From Bdellovibrionales bacterium (GTDB lineage: Bacteria > Bdellovibrionota > Bdellovibrionia > Bdellovibrionales > UBA1609), in the NCBI GenBank assembly GCA_965219095.1, contig OZ244719.1, positions 288,001-352,000 on the forward strand: a stretch of 64,000 nt of DNA, read 5' to 3'. A model generated the notes under the pieces. That model had not been told where the DNA came from, made no database searches, and saw only the letters and a list, made by a program, of their open reading frames with translations. Of this stretch, positions 55,407 through 64,000 are shown piece by piece. Position numbers and translations under genes: made by a program. Each line of letters starts with the position of its first letter. Within the stretch, counting starts at the first letter, position 1.

Positions 55407-56899
55407 AATTTTTAGGTGATTTTATAGATGGTCAATTTTCTTTACAAGATCATGAAGAAAAAACCCCAAAGCTCTCTCCTTCAGACACTTCCGATCATAT
55501 CCTTTCTTTTTCTTCTTCGTTTTCTTCTGTTAAAAGAGCTTATGAAGCGGCAAGAAGAGCCTTTCCTTTGTGGAGAGATTTAAATATAAGCCAAAGAAAA
55601 AAGTATCTTTTGAAACTGAAGAAAGCTTACGAGAAAAGATCTTCTGATATAGCGGAGATCATTTCTCGAGAAACAGGAAAACCTCTTTGGGAAGCTCAAG
55701 GGGAGGCTAAGGCTTTAGCTTCTAAAATTGACATTACATTAAATGAATCTCTTAAGCTTGTGCAAAAACAAGTGATCCCTAAAGCCTTAAAAACTATAAC
55801 AGGTGTTATACGATACCAAGCAAGGGGGGTTTTAGGGGTTATAGGTCCTTTTAATTTCCCAGCTCATTTACCTAATGGGCATTTTATCCCTGCCCTACTT
55901 CTAGGAAACACTGTTGTCTTTAAACCTTCTGATAAAACTCCTGCTACAGGACAACTTATTGCGGAGGTTTTCAAATCCTGCGAGTTTCCTAAAGGAGTTT
56001 TTAACCTCATTCAAGGGCAAGCTGACATAGGCCAGAAATTAGCCGAACACCCCGGAATCGATGGCCTCTTGTTCACAGGCTCCTATGAGGTAGGTTTAAA
56101 AATTAAAAGAATGACATTGTATCAAGCTCATAAAATTTTAGCTCTCGAAATGGGGGGCAAAAACACAAGCCTTATTTGGAAAGATGCTAATTTAAAAAGA
56201 GCTGTCTATGAAAATCTGATAGGAAGTTTTGCCACAGCAGGACAGCGCTGTTCTTGCACAAGTAAAATTTTTATTCACAGAAACGTGTATGATGAGTTTG
56301 CGTCTTATTTTATAAAAGGAGCTCAGAGAATAAAGGTTGGGCATTGGAAAGATAAGCCTTTTTACGGAGCTCTCATTGATGAAGCTTCTGAAAGAAGGTA
56401 CTTGCAGTTCCAAGACATTGCTGTAAGAGAAGGAGCTAAAACCCTTTTGCGAGGAGAAAAGATAGAAAGCCCCTATGAAGGTTATTATGTAAGTCCTAGT
56501 GTTCATTTTATTTCAAAACCTTCTCAGAAATCAGTGTATCAAACAACAGAAATCTTTGGTCCTTGTACAAGTTTTTTCCTTATAGATAGCTTTGAAGAAG
56601 CTATTGAGCTTAACAATTCTTCCGGATTCGGTTTAGCTATGTCTGTTTTTTCTAAAGATTCACAAATCTATAAAGAAAGTACAAGGAAGGCTAAAGTGGG
56701 AGTTTTAAATTGGAATCGTAGTACTGTGGGTGCTAGTTCAAAGCTTCCCTTTGGAGGAAGAGGTTTTTCTGGAAACGATAGGCCTTCTGGAAGTTTTGCT
56801 GTCTACTATTGCTCGAGTTCTGTGGCGTCCTTAGAAGGAGAGAACTTCTTTAAAGCTAAGGAAGAGACACAGCCTCCAGGACTTAACTATGAAGATTAG
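55403..56899 (+). CDS. astD: Succinylglutamate-semialdehyde dehydrogenase-like ALDH
   Basis: GPFNFPAHLPNGH, ALEMGGKN, AGQRCSC, GASSKLPFGG..SGN. Confidence 0.78.
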   Translation: MKFLGDFIDGQFSLQDHEEKTPKLSPSDTSDHILSFSSSFSSVKRAYEAARRAFPLWRDLNISQRKKYLLKLKKAYEKRSSDIAEIISRETGKPLWEAQGEAKALASKIDITLNESLKLVQKQVIPKALKTITGVIRYQARGVLGVIGPFNFPAHLPNGHFIPALLLGNTVVFKPSDKTPATGQLIAEVFKSCEFPKGVFNLIQGQADIGQKLAEHPGIDGLLFTGSYEVGLKIKRMTLYQAHKILALEMGGKNTSLIWKDANLKRAVYENLIGSFATAGQRCSCTSKIFIHRNVYDEFASYFIKGAQRIKVGHWKDKPFYGALIDEASERRYLQFQDIAVREGAKTLLRGEKIESPYEGYYVSPSVHFISKPSQKSVYQTTEIFGPCTSFFLIDSFEEAIELNNSSGFGLAMSVFSKDSQIYKESTRKAKVGVLNWNRSTVGASSKLPFGGRGFSGNDRPSGSFAVYYCSSSVASLEGENFFKAKEETQPPGLNYED

Positions 56900-57944
56900 A
56901 ATTTTTATAGGACTTTGTTTCATCTTTACAGGAATCCTCTTTTTTCTTATTTTTTTTCCTGTACCTGCTCATAAAAAAGTTGTTATAGATATAAAACCAG
57001 GTCAGTATTTCGATCAAACACTTAAAAAATTAAAAGAAAAAAATCTGATACGTTCTGTCTTGCTTACTAAAATTGTTTCAAAGTTACTAGGTTTTGATAA
57101 AAAGATCCAAACAGGAGAGTATCTTATAGATAAAGAACTTAACTTAATAGCTCTTCTTAAACTTCTGTCTTCCGGAAAACACATAATTTACACAATAACC
57201 TTTCCAGAAGGAATCAATCTCTACGAAATAGCAAAGAAATTAGATGAAACAGGACTTATTTTAAAAAAGGAATTTCTAGACTTAGCTTTCAACCAAGATT
57301 ATACTAAAGCTCTTCTGGGAGAAAAGCTCTATAGTTTTGAAGGTTATCTTTTTCCTGAAACTTATAAGATTACAAAATACACAGGGGCAAAAAATCTTAT
57401 TAAGCTTATGGTGGATCAATTCTTACAGGTTTATAAAGAAATAAGACCTAGAGAAACCGCTCTAGCACGACAATTCAAAAAAGGAGAGCCTATGACAAGA
57501 AAAGAAATTGTCATTTTAGCAAGTATTATAGAAAAAGAAACAGGAATTCCTTCTGAAAGGCGTCTTATTTCGTCTGTCTTCCATAACCGCTTATCAAAAA
57601 ACATGAGGCTTGAAACCGACCCTACAATCATTTACGGAATCTTAGATCGTACAAAAAAAACTCCTAAAAATATAAGAAAAAAAGACATTAGAACAAAAGA
57701 TGACTATAACACTTATATTCTTAAAGGTTTTCCTAAAGGACCCATTGGAAATCCAGGGCAGGAATCTTTATTAGCCAGTATCAACCCTCAAAAATCAAAC
57801 TACTTTTTCTTTGTAAGTCGCAATGATGGGAGCCATTTTTTTAGCTCAACATATGAAGAGCACTTAAAAGCTGTGAGACAGTATCAACTCAGCAGACCTG
57901 CTGTGAGAAGAAAAACATGGGCTAAACCTAAGAATTCAAATTAA
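56889..57944 (+). CDS. mltG: Endolytic transglycosylase MltG
   Basis: TFPEG, EGYLFPETY, LASIIEKE, DPT, YNTY, GPIGNPG. Confidence 0.95.
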   Translation: MKIRIFIGLCFIFTGILFFLIFFPVPAHKKVVIDIKPGQYFDQTLKKLKEKNLIRSVLLTKIVSKLLGFDKKIQTGEYLIDKELNLIALLKLLSSGKHIIYTITFPEGINLYEIAKKLDETGLILKKEFLDLAFNQDYTKALLGEKLYSFEGYLFPETYKITKYTGAKNLIKLMVDQFLQVYKEIRPRETALARQFKKGEPMTRKEIVILASIIEKETGIPSERRLISSVFHNRLSKNMRLETDPTIIYGILDRTKKTPKNIRKKDIRTKDDYNTYILKGFPKGPIGNPGQESLLASINPQKSNYFFFVSRNDGSHFFSSTYEEHLKAVRQYQLSRPAVRRKTWAKPKNSN

Positions 57945-58396
57945 AAAAGATCAAGGTTTGCACGGACAAACTTTTTTTTCTGAAAATCATAATGAAATAT
58001 ATTCAAATAAGAAACAAGTTTTTTGTCAAAACTGGGGGCTATAACTTCGATTCGACCATCTTTATCAATATCTAAGAGAAAAAGGTTTGTAGGCTGGTTT
58101 TTAAAATTCAAATACCCATCATAGGAATGAAGCAGAGGGATTTTATCTAGAACAGGTTGCACTGTTTTTTTGCTAATATCATAGAACTCTAGAAAAAGTC
58201 CTTTATGAGTTTTAATCTTTACCACTTGAACTTTGCTCCCTATACCCATAAGAGGACCTTGAACAACGCTTAAAATATCTCTATGAGGCTTATGAAAAAA
58301 GGAATAGATAATCTTCCTTACAGGCCTTAAAAAAAGAAGGGTAAAAGTAAGAAAGATAAGGATGAAGAAAGTCAATTTAAAAAGATGGTTTTTCAT
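57941..58396 (-). CDS. Hypothetical membrane-anchored protein
   Basis: N-terminal TM helix, DIDKDGRIE (DxDxDG) motif. Confidence 0.65.
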   Translation of the reverse strand: MKNHLFKLTFFILIFLTFTLLFLRPVRKIIYSFFHKPHRDILSVVQGPLMGIGSKVQVVKIKTHKGLFLEFYDISKKTVQPVLDKIPLLHSYDGYLNFKNQPTNLFLLDIDKDGRIEVIAPSFDKKLVSYLNIFHYDFQKKKFVRANLDLF

Positions 58397-58514
58397 ACGT
58401 TTATAATAACTGAAAAGAGCCTTTTTCTATAGATAGACAAAAGTTGAGACACTGAGTTTCTGAAAACCCTTTTCATAGACATTCAAGATAAGGACTTGGC
58501 ATAATAGAAGAACT

Positions 58515-59105
58515 ATGAACTTTTATGTTCTTGCTTCTAAGAGAAAATCTATCCGTAAGTACAAAAAAAAGCCTGTTGATAGAGAGATCTTAGACCGTAT
58601 TTTAGAGTCTTGCTTTCATGCACCTTCTGGCAAAAACAAACAAAATTGGAGGTTTTTTATACTCGAAGGCAAGAAAAGGGATGAATACCTTAAATATTCT
58701 CAAAAATCATGGCTTGGAATTAAAGACATTCTCAAAAAAACTCTTAAGCCTTCTCTTTATGATTTTACAGAAAGGTTCTTTTATACATTAGGAGACGCTC
58801 CTGTTATTATTTTTTGTTATTGTCTTCACTCAAAAGACGAAAGGTATTTAACAAGTATTGGAAGTGTGTACATGGCAGTTCAGAACTTGAATTTAGCTTG
58901 TTTCTACGAAGGATTAGGTTGCTGTACTATGGGTGCTCCCCTAGAAATTGAAAAAGAAGTCAATGAGTTTTTAGGAGTTCATAAGAAAGAAGGTTTTCCA
59001 GAGGATAAACTTCAGCTTTTATGTGCTGTGGTTTTAGGCTGGCCTGATCATGATCCTCCTAAAGCACCAAGACTACGTGAGGGAAGGGTGAAGTCTATAA
59101 AGTAA
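58515..59105 (+). CDS. Nitroreductase family protein
   Basis: RKSIRKY, APSGKNKQNW, AVQNL.LA..EGLG. Confidence 0.9.
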   Translation: MNFYVLASKRKSIRKYKKKPVDREILDRILESCFHAPSGKNKQNWRFFILEGKKRDEYLKYSQKSWLGIKDILKKTLKPSLYDFTERFFYTLGDAPVIIFCYCLHSKDERYLTSIGSVYMAVQNLNLACFYEGLGCCTMGAPLEIEKEVNEFLGVHKKEGFPEDKLQLLCAVVLGWPDHDPPKAPRLREGRVKSIK

Positions 59106-59129
59106 AATTCTCTAATAATTTAATAGAAT

Positions 59130-59308
59130 CTGGATGGAAATGTCTGATGTTATGTTTTAAAAATGTTGTTTGTAAAAAAAAAATAGGGATGACCTCCTTT
59201 TTGTTGTTAATATTTAGTAAGCTCCTTTTTATGAGCTTACTTCTTAGATGAGTTTAACTCTTCTAATCAGGGTTTTTAAGTCCCAGCCTTTCAAAAAGGC
59301 TGGTCATA
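59130..59308 (-). mobile_element. IS110-B leader copy without transposase
   Basis: 59187-59307 is the reverse of 39071-39190. Confidence 0.65.
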
Positions 59309-59309
59309 C

Positions 59310-59823
59310 GTAACTCGGTTTGATGAAACTCCCTGGCCTATCAATAATTCGCAGCAAAAAGATGGCTATATGTTTGTTATAAGTCATCAGGGAGGGAGTT
59401 TTTATTATTTTCATGAGAGTCGTTCAGCATGTTCTGTTAAAGAACTCTTGAGGTCTTATAAGGGGCCTATTTTAACAGATGGATACGCTAGTTATAAAAC
59501 ACACTTTAAGGATGAAAAGGGAATTGATCTTGCTTTTTGTTGGTCTCATGCGAGAAGAAAGTTTATTGACATAGAACAGAATTACCCTAAGGAATGTGGA
59601 AAAGTATTAAAGCTTATGGGGGAGATTTTTAAAGTTGAATCAAAGGCAAAAACTTATGAAGAGCTCAAAAATTTAAGACAAACAGAATCAAAGGATTTAG
59701 TTCTTAAACTTCAGGATCTGTATTATAAGCTTTATGGAAAAGCTCGTCCTGAGAGTGGGTTACAAAAAGCTATTGATTATAGCTTTAAAACCATTAGGAT
59801 GGCTTAAATTTATTTTTAAATAA
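59310..59823 (+). mobile_element. IS66 internal-deletion remnant
   Basis: GTAACTCGGTT end fused directly to DETPW..TDGYASY..CWSHARRKF. Confidence 0.8.
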
Positions 59824-59955
59824 TACCATTTCCAAAAATTAATTCGACATTCTTTTAACGCATAGCACCCTGGCTTTTTAATCAAACTCTGTTAAATTTT
59901 TAGAGTGTTTAAAGATTTAGTTACAAAGCTTCAAGGGTATGATTTTCTCTACTTA

Positions 59956-61967
59956 GTCGAACGTGAAAAATTGACAAAAGCCTAGGATTTTTATGCTGTA
60001 TGATCTTTATTCCTGTTACTTTCTACTATAGAGGGTTAAATATTTTTTCATAACTTAAACAAAACAGTAGTTTTCAAGAAGGCGTACAGGCCTTTTAAGC
60101 CATTTCAGTGAAAAAAACGAAAAAAGACGCAACCTCTAGCATTAACTTTCTAAAATTTTGAGAAACTCCTGATAAAAGACTATTACATCTTAAAGCCCTC
60201 CTTTGTTTAAATTCTTTTGGGCTCATGTATTTCAAGGAAGAATGCATTCTTACCTTGTTATACCAATCCATGTAAATTGCAATTTTTTTCTCCAACTCTT
60301 CCTTCGTTGTACAGTCTTTGTATTCCAGTTCATCCTTCAACGTATGGAAAAAGCTCTCCACAAACGCATTATCATAACAATTTCCTTTCCTAGACATAGA
60401 TTGCTTGAGGCCAAAGAATTTCAATTCTTTTCTAAACCCTTCACAACAATATTGAACCCCTTGATCCGAGTGGATTATCAAGCCCTCTAAGTTCCCAGAA
60501 ACAGATTGGACTGCGGCTCTCAGAGCCTGTTTTGAATGAACCCCGTCCAAGCTCTCACAGAGCTTCCAAGACTTAATCTCTCGATTATAGACATCTAAAA
60601 ATACAACCAAATACAGAAATTTATCTCTAAAAGGAATATAGGTTAAATCCGAACACCATACCTGGTTTTCTTTTCCTGCTTGGCTCTGTCCTGTCTTAAA
60701 CAACCGAGGAGACTTAATCATGAGAGGGTTATTCTTTGTTGTTCTAGGAACATAGGGTTTTTTCTGACGGGCACTGAGATTCTTTAGTTTCATAATTCGA
60801 GCTACTTTGTTTTCTCCAGCACTCACTCCGCAACGCTTTAATTCCCTATACACCCTGGGGGAACCATAACAGCCTTTATTTTTTTTAAAAATAGATTCTA
60901 TGTTTTTCTCCAGATTTTTATCCTTTTCAAGCTTTCCCCTGGTTTTTAAAAAACTATAAAAACCAGAACGAGATCCTCTTAATAATTCGCAAATGCGAAG
61001 CACTGGATGCCCTTTCTCTTTTACATAAAACATAGCCTTAAATCTCATTTCAGGATTTCCTTTGAAAAAAAAGCCGCTGCCTCTTTCAATATACCTACAC
61101 TCCGCCTCTCATAGACCAGCTCCTTTTTTAACCTCTTTATTTCCTCCAATGCCGAAGCCAAGTCATGGGAAGCTTGTCTTTCTACTTCAGGCTTTAGAAA
61201 ACGCTTCCAAGAGCTTATCACTTGGAAATTTCTCAGTCCTAGCTTCTCTGAGGCTTCCTTTGCACCTATTTCCTCTGCCAATTCAATGGCTTGCTTTTTA
61301 AACTCTTCCGAGTACTGTTTTACTTTTTCCATTCTTTCTTTTACCTCCATTTTATGGAGACTTTAAGAGAAAATTGACTGTCCGCAGAAACAGGGGAAGT
61401 TCACTACATTCTCAAACTCTTTTTTTTTTACAAAACCCTCTCTCAAAGCTAAATCAATGGTTTCCTCTAAGAGAACTTCTATCTTCTCAGCCCCCATCCT
61501 CTTTCTCCAGTTAGTCAATGAACTTCTATCACAGGGATCTTCATAAGAATAAAAAGGCTGACCACAAAAATACTGCCATTGAGGACTCTCTTTGAACATT
61601 TCTATTGTCTTCTCGTCACTTAAATTATAAATGTATTTCAAGCACTGAAGTCCCACCATTAAACGAGTTGAAAGACCTGGACGACCTTTTTTTTCATCAT
61701 ACTTCGAACCAAAATCTTTATCAAAACGATCCCAGTCTATTTTATTAGCTAAAATGACAAGCGGATGCTTCTTATGAACAATGTCGTTTACTCTAAAATT
61801 AAGAGGGCTTCTCTTTTGTGTGCTGAACATGTCTTTTGGCCTCATCTTTTTTCCTTTCTGTTTTGCAAGGTTTTTTATCTGTTTTTCCACTTCCTTGCAA
61901 TTATTTTTATGCGAAAATTACAAAAAAACAAGTGTTTTTAGCTGTTTGTGCATTTTTCACGTTCGAC
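59956..61967 (-). mobile_element. IS5-family element (transposase N-terminus 61404-61890), interrupted by IS3
   Basis: IR GTCGAACGTGAAAAAT at both ends flanked by a TACTTA repeat; HPL..IDW..GRP..LSDE motif. Confidence 0.82.
60188..61403 (-). mobile_element. IS3-family copy lacking IRR
   Basis: Near-identical to 37455-38670. Confidence 0.92.
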
Positions 61968-62331
61968 TACTTACAAAGTAGAAAGAAGTGCCAACATCAA
62001 GATAAAACTATTGGTTTTGCAGTATATGCAAGAAGGAAAATCGATTCAAGAAACGTCTATGAAAACTTAAACCTCCCCTCAAAAGAAGTTTTTTTAAAAT
62101 CTCCTAACTGAAGCTTTTCCTTAAGTCAATTTTAAAATTTTAAATTTGAACATAAAAATGTCGTCGAATTAATTTCTGTAATTGGTATCAGTAGAAGTCA
62201 TGGGCTGTTAAGAAACCGACTTACCCCTTTCCTCTACTGAAATGCTACTTTTTTGAAAGGATAACCTCTTTTAGCTCTTTGACATTATGTCAAGTTATAA
62301 TCAATACAACTAAAACGTAGAGACTGAGGAT

Positions 62332-62700
62332 TTATTCTCCCGGACATCGAGCCATAGCACAAGAAATAGCTTCATTATGGTTAGGCTTCTCTGTTGTTCT
62401 TCCTTCTTGTCTCTCTGTTGTTCTTCCTTCTTGTCCTTGACATCGAGCCATAGCACAAGAAATAGCTTCATTATGGTTAGGCTTCTCTGTTGTTCTTCCT
62501 TCTTGTCTCTCTGTTGTTCTTCCTTCTTGTCCTTGACATCGAGCCATAGCACAAGAAATAGCTTCATTATGGTTAGGCTTCTCTGTTGTTCTTCCTTCTT
62601 GTTCTTTTGATTGTTTTTCTGACGACCTGATCTCTGCATGCGACCACCCAGAAACTGCCATAATTAAAGCAAATACTGTGATTGTTTTTTTCATTTTCAT
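62332..62700 (-). CDS. Secreted protein with three tandem Cys-containing repeats
   Basis: AGGAG RBS, signal peptide ending SHA, 96-bp repeat unit. Confidence 0.75.
   Translation of the reverse strand: MKMKKTITVFALIMAVSGWSHAEIRSSEKQSKEQEGRTTEKPNHNEAISCAMARCQGQEGRTTERQEGRTTEKPNHNEAISCAMARCQGQEGRTTERQEGRTTEKPNHNEAISCAMARCPGE
62343..62601. repeat. 96-bp tandem repeat x2.7 with internal 21-bp sub-repeats
   Basis: Units start at 62343, 62439 and 62535. Confidence 0.95.
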
Positions 62701-62945
62701 GTTTTCTCTCCTTATTGGATTGTTGTTTTTTTACTATTTACACAAAGTCTTTTCATACACCTCATTAGCTAAGTCAAGACCAACTTGCAAATAAATACAA
62801 TGCATCATTTTTCTAGCCTGAATTTCCACGTATCAGCTATAACATTTTCTTTTAAAATCACTAAAATTCTTCTAACACTTTTAACGCATGTGCTGCTGTC
62901 AAACTCGGGATGAAAAAATCAGTTACACAATTTGTAAGTCGGTTA

Positions 62946-63217
62946 TATAGTGCTTCCGTTTAGTTTTTCAGTTTCCTAAGATAGAGAAGTTATCAGTTAT
63001 CAAAGTTTCTAATTTAGATCTGTGTTTTCGTATTCCTCTAAAAAATTGACTTAAACTTCCCTTGAAATCGTCATAGTTTTCATAATATCGATTCGCCGTG
63101 ACCTCTTTTTTCATAAACTTCCAAAGCCTTTCTATAGGATTTAAATTCGGTGAGTACGGAGGAAGATAAACAAGTTTTATATTCAACTCTTTCGCGAACT
63201 TCTTGACAGACTTCGAT
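62946..63217 (-). mobile_element. IS630-C 3' fragment
   Basis: Near-identical to the reverse of 49180-49451. Confidence 0.9.
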
Positions 63218-63663
63218 ATAATGACAAAAGAAAAAATAAGCCAAAGCCATTTTATATTGTAAATGGATATGACAGAGATTATAAGGAAACTCAATCCAAT
63301 AAGATGAAGTACATTCCAAGTTATAAAAGAATCAACAAAAGAAAATTTTAAAAAAAGATTCTGAATCACTTCTAAAAAAATAAGAAAAAAAGATATAACG
63401 AGCACACTTTTTAAGGCTGATTTTTTAAGCTTTTCTCCTTTAATTTGAGAATCAAATCTTAGCCTTAAACTAGCTCCTGCTAATAAAGGAATCATAAGGT
63501 TAAAAAGTGCTAAAACTTGCCCTATAGAGATCAAGCTGTCCCTAGGATGGCTTCCTACATAGGAAAAATGAACATTTCCCTGAAGCCATCCAATACAATG
63601 ATTAGAAATCATAATAGAAACAGCTATGCATTTAAGATAATCGATTCCAAACCTAGATTCCAT
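63218..63663 (-). pseudogene. DUF1624/HGSNAT-like membrane protein, truncated and fused in frame to IS630-C
   Basis: RFGIDYLKCIAV..M..NH, LAGAS, WNVLHLIG. Confidence 0.65.
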
Positions 63664-63845
63664 GTTTTTACAGTTACATAATTTTTTTACGGTGTCTAAT
63701 TAGGTTCTCAAGCTCCTTACAGACTTTAGTATTGTTAACGCTTTTCTATACTAGGGGGGGTGTCGTCAATTGATTTAATGTGCCTAACCTTGTTTTGTGA
63801 GAAAGGGAGAAAGATGTTTCTTTAAAAGCACAGAGCCCCTTTTTT

Positions 63846-63887
63846 TTTAATATGAGCCTGTGATTTAAATCACAGGCTCATATTAAA
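63846..63887. repeat. 42-bp perfect palindrome
   Basis: TTTAATATGAGCCTGTGATTT|AAATCACAGGCTCATATTAAA. Confidence 0.9.
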
Positions 63888-64000
63888 CCTCTAAAATCGA
63901 AGCTCTCATAACATATCGCATAAAATATAGTGATCAGGATTTCGTATAATTACTTGAAATCATTAGATTTTTAAAAAGGAAAAGCTGTAGTCGGGAAAAT

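Larger units (their letters stand above)
59824..62187 (+). mobile_element. Deleted IS630-A shell containing IS5 and IS3 insertions
   Basis: Left IR at 59824; 61968-62055 continues the transposase 5' end; right IR ends at 62187. Confidence 0.82.

Noticed and set aside
4245..61301. Short antisense or overlapping ORFs in the track (e.g. 4245, 6429, 25456, 26378, 32020, 36034, 38368, 56192, 60203)
   Set aside because: Shadows of well-supported genes or transposases
62343..62601. CRISPR array
   Set aside because: Units are fully identical with no unique spacers, lie in frame in a signal-peptide ORF, and no cas genes are present
62310..62639. Alternative-frame ORFs over the repeat
   Set aside because: Open only because the repeat lacks stops; no RBS or signal peptide

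Overview
AT-rich bacterial chromosome segment; gene content and order (carD, gltX-cysS-uvrB-uvrC, astD, menD/menF) suggest a Bdellovibrionota/deltaproteobacterium-like organism (inference). Intact housekeeping blocks (pheST, trmH, carD, gltX, cysS, uvrBC, nfeD-SPFH, tRNA-His, menDF, DAHP synthase, menG, panD, hpt-like, bamD, astD, mltG) alternate with dense, nested, mostly decayed insertion sequences (IS630 x3 types, IS1634, IS3, IS5 x2, IS66, IS256, IS481, IS110 x2, ISL3-like ends, several MITEs) covering roughly a third of the window. Best signal: an IS110-family (IS1111-type) element at 19487-22843. After removing a nested IS1634, its right non-coding end folds into two guide-like loops. 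One loop matches both flanks of its insertion target (in an IS630 element) and the other matches both flanks of its own donor junction. This is a readable bridge/seekRNA that appears to target another transposon, supported by three independent junctions in the window. Other notable items: a 115-bp MITE with a perfect 37-bp-arm hairpin, an unexplained GC-rich ~110-nt stem-loop, and a secreted three-repeat Cys peptide. All calls are by eye; no database searches were run.
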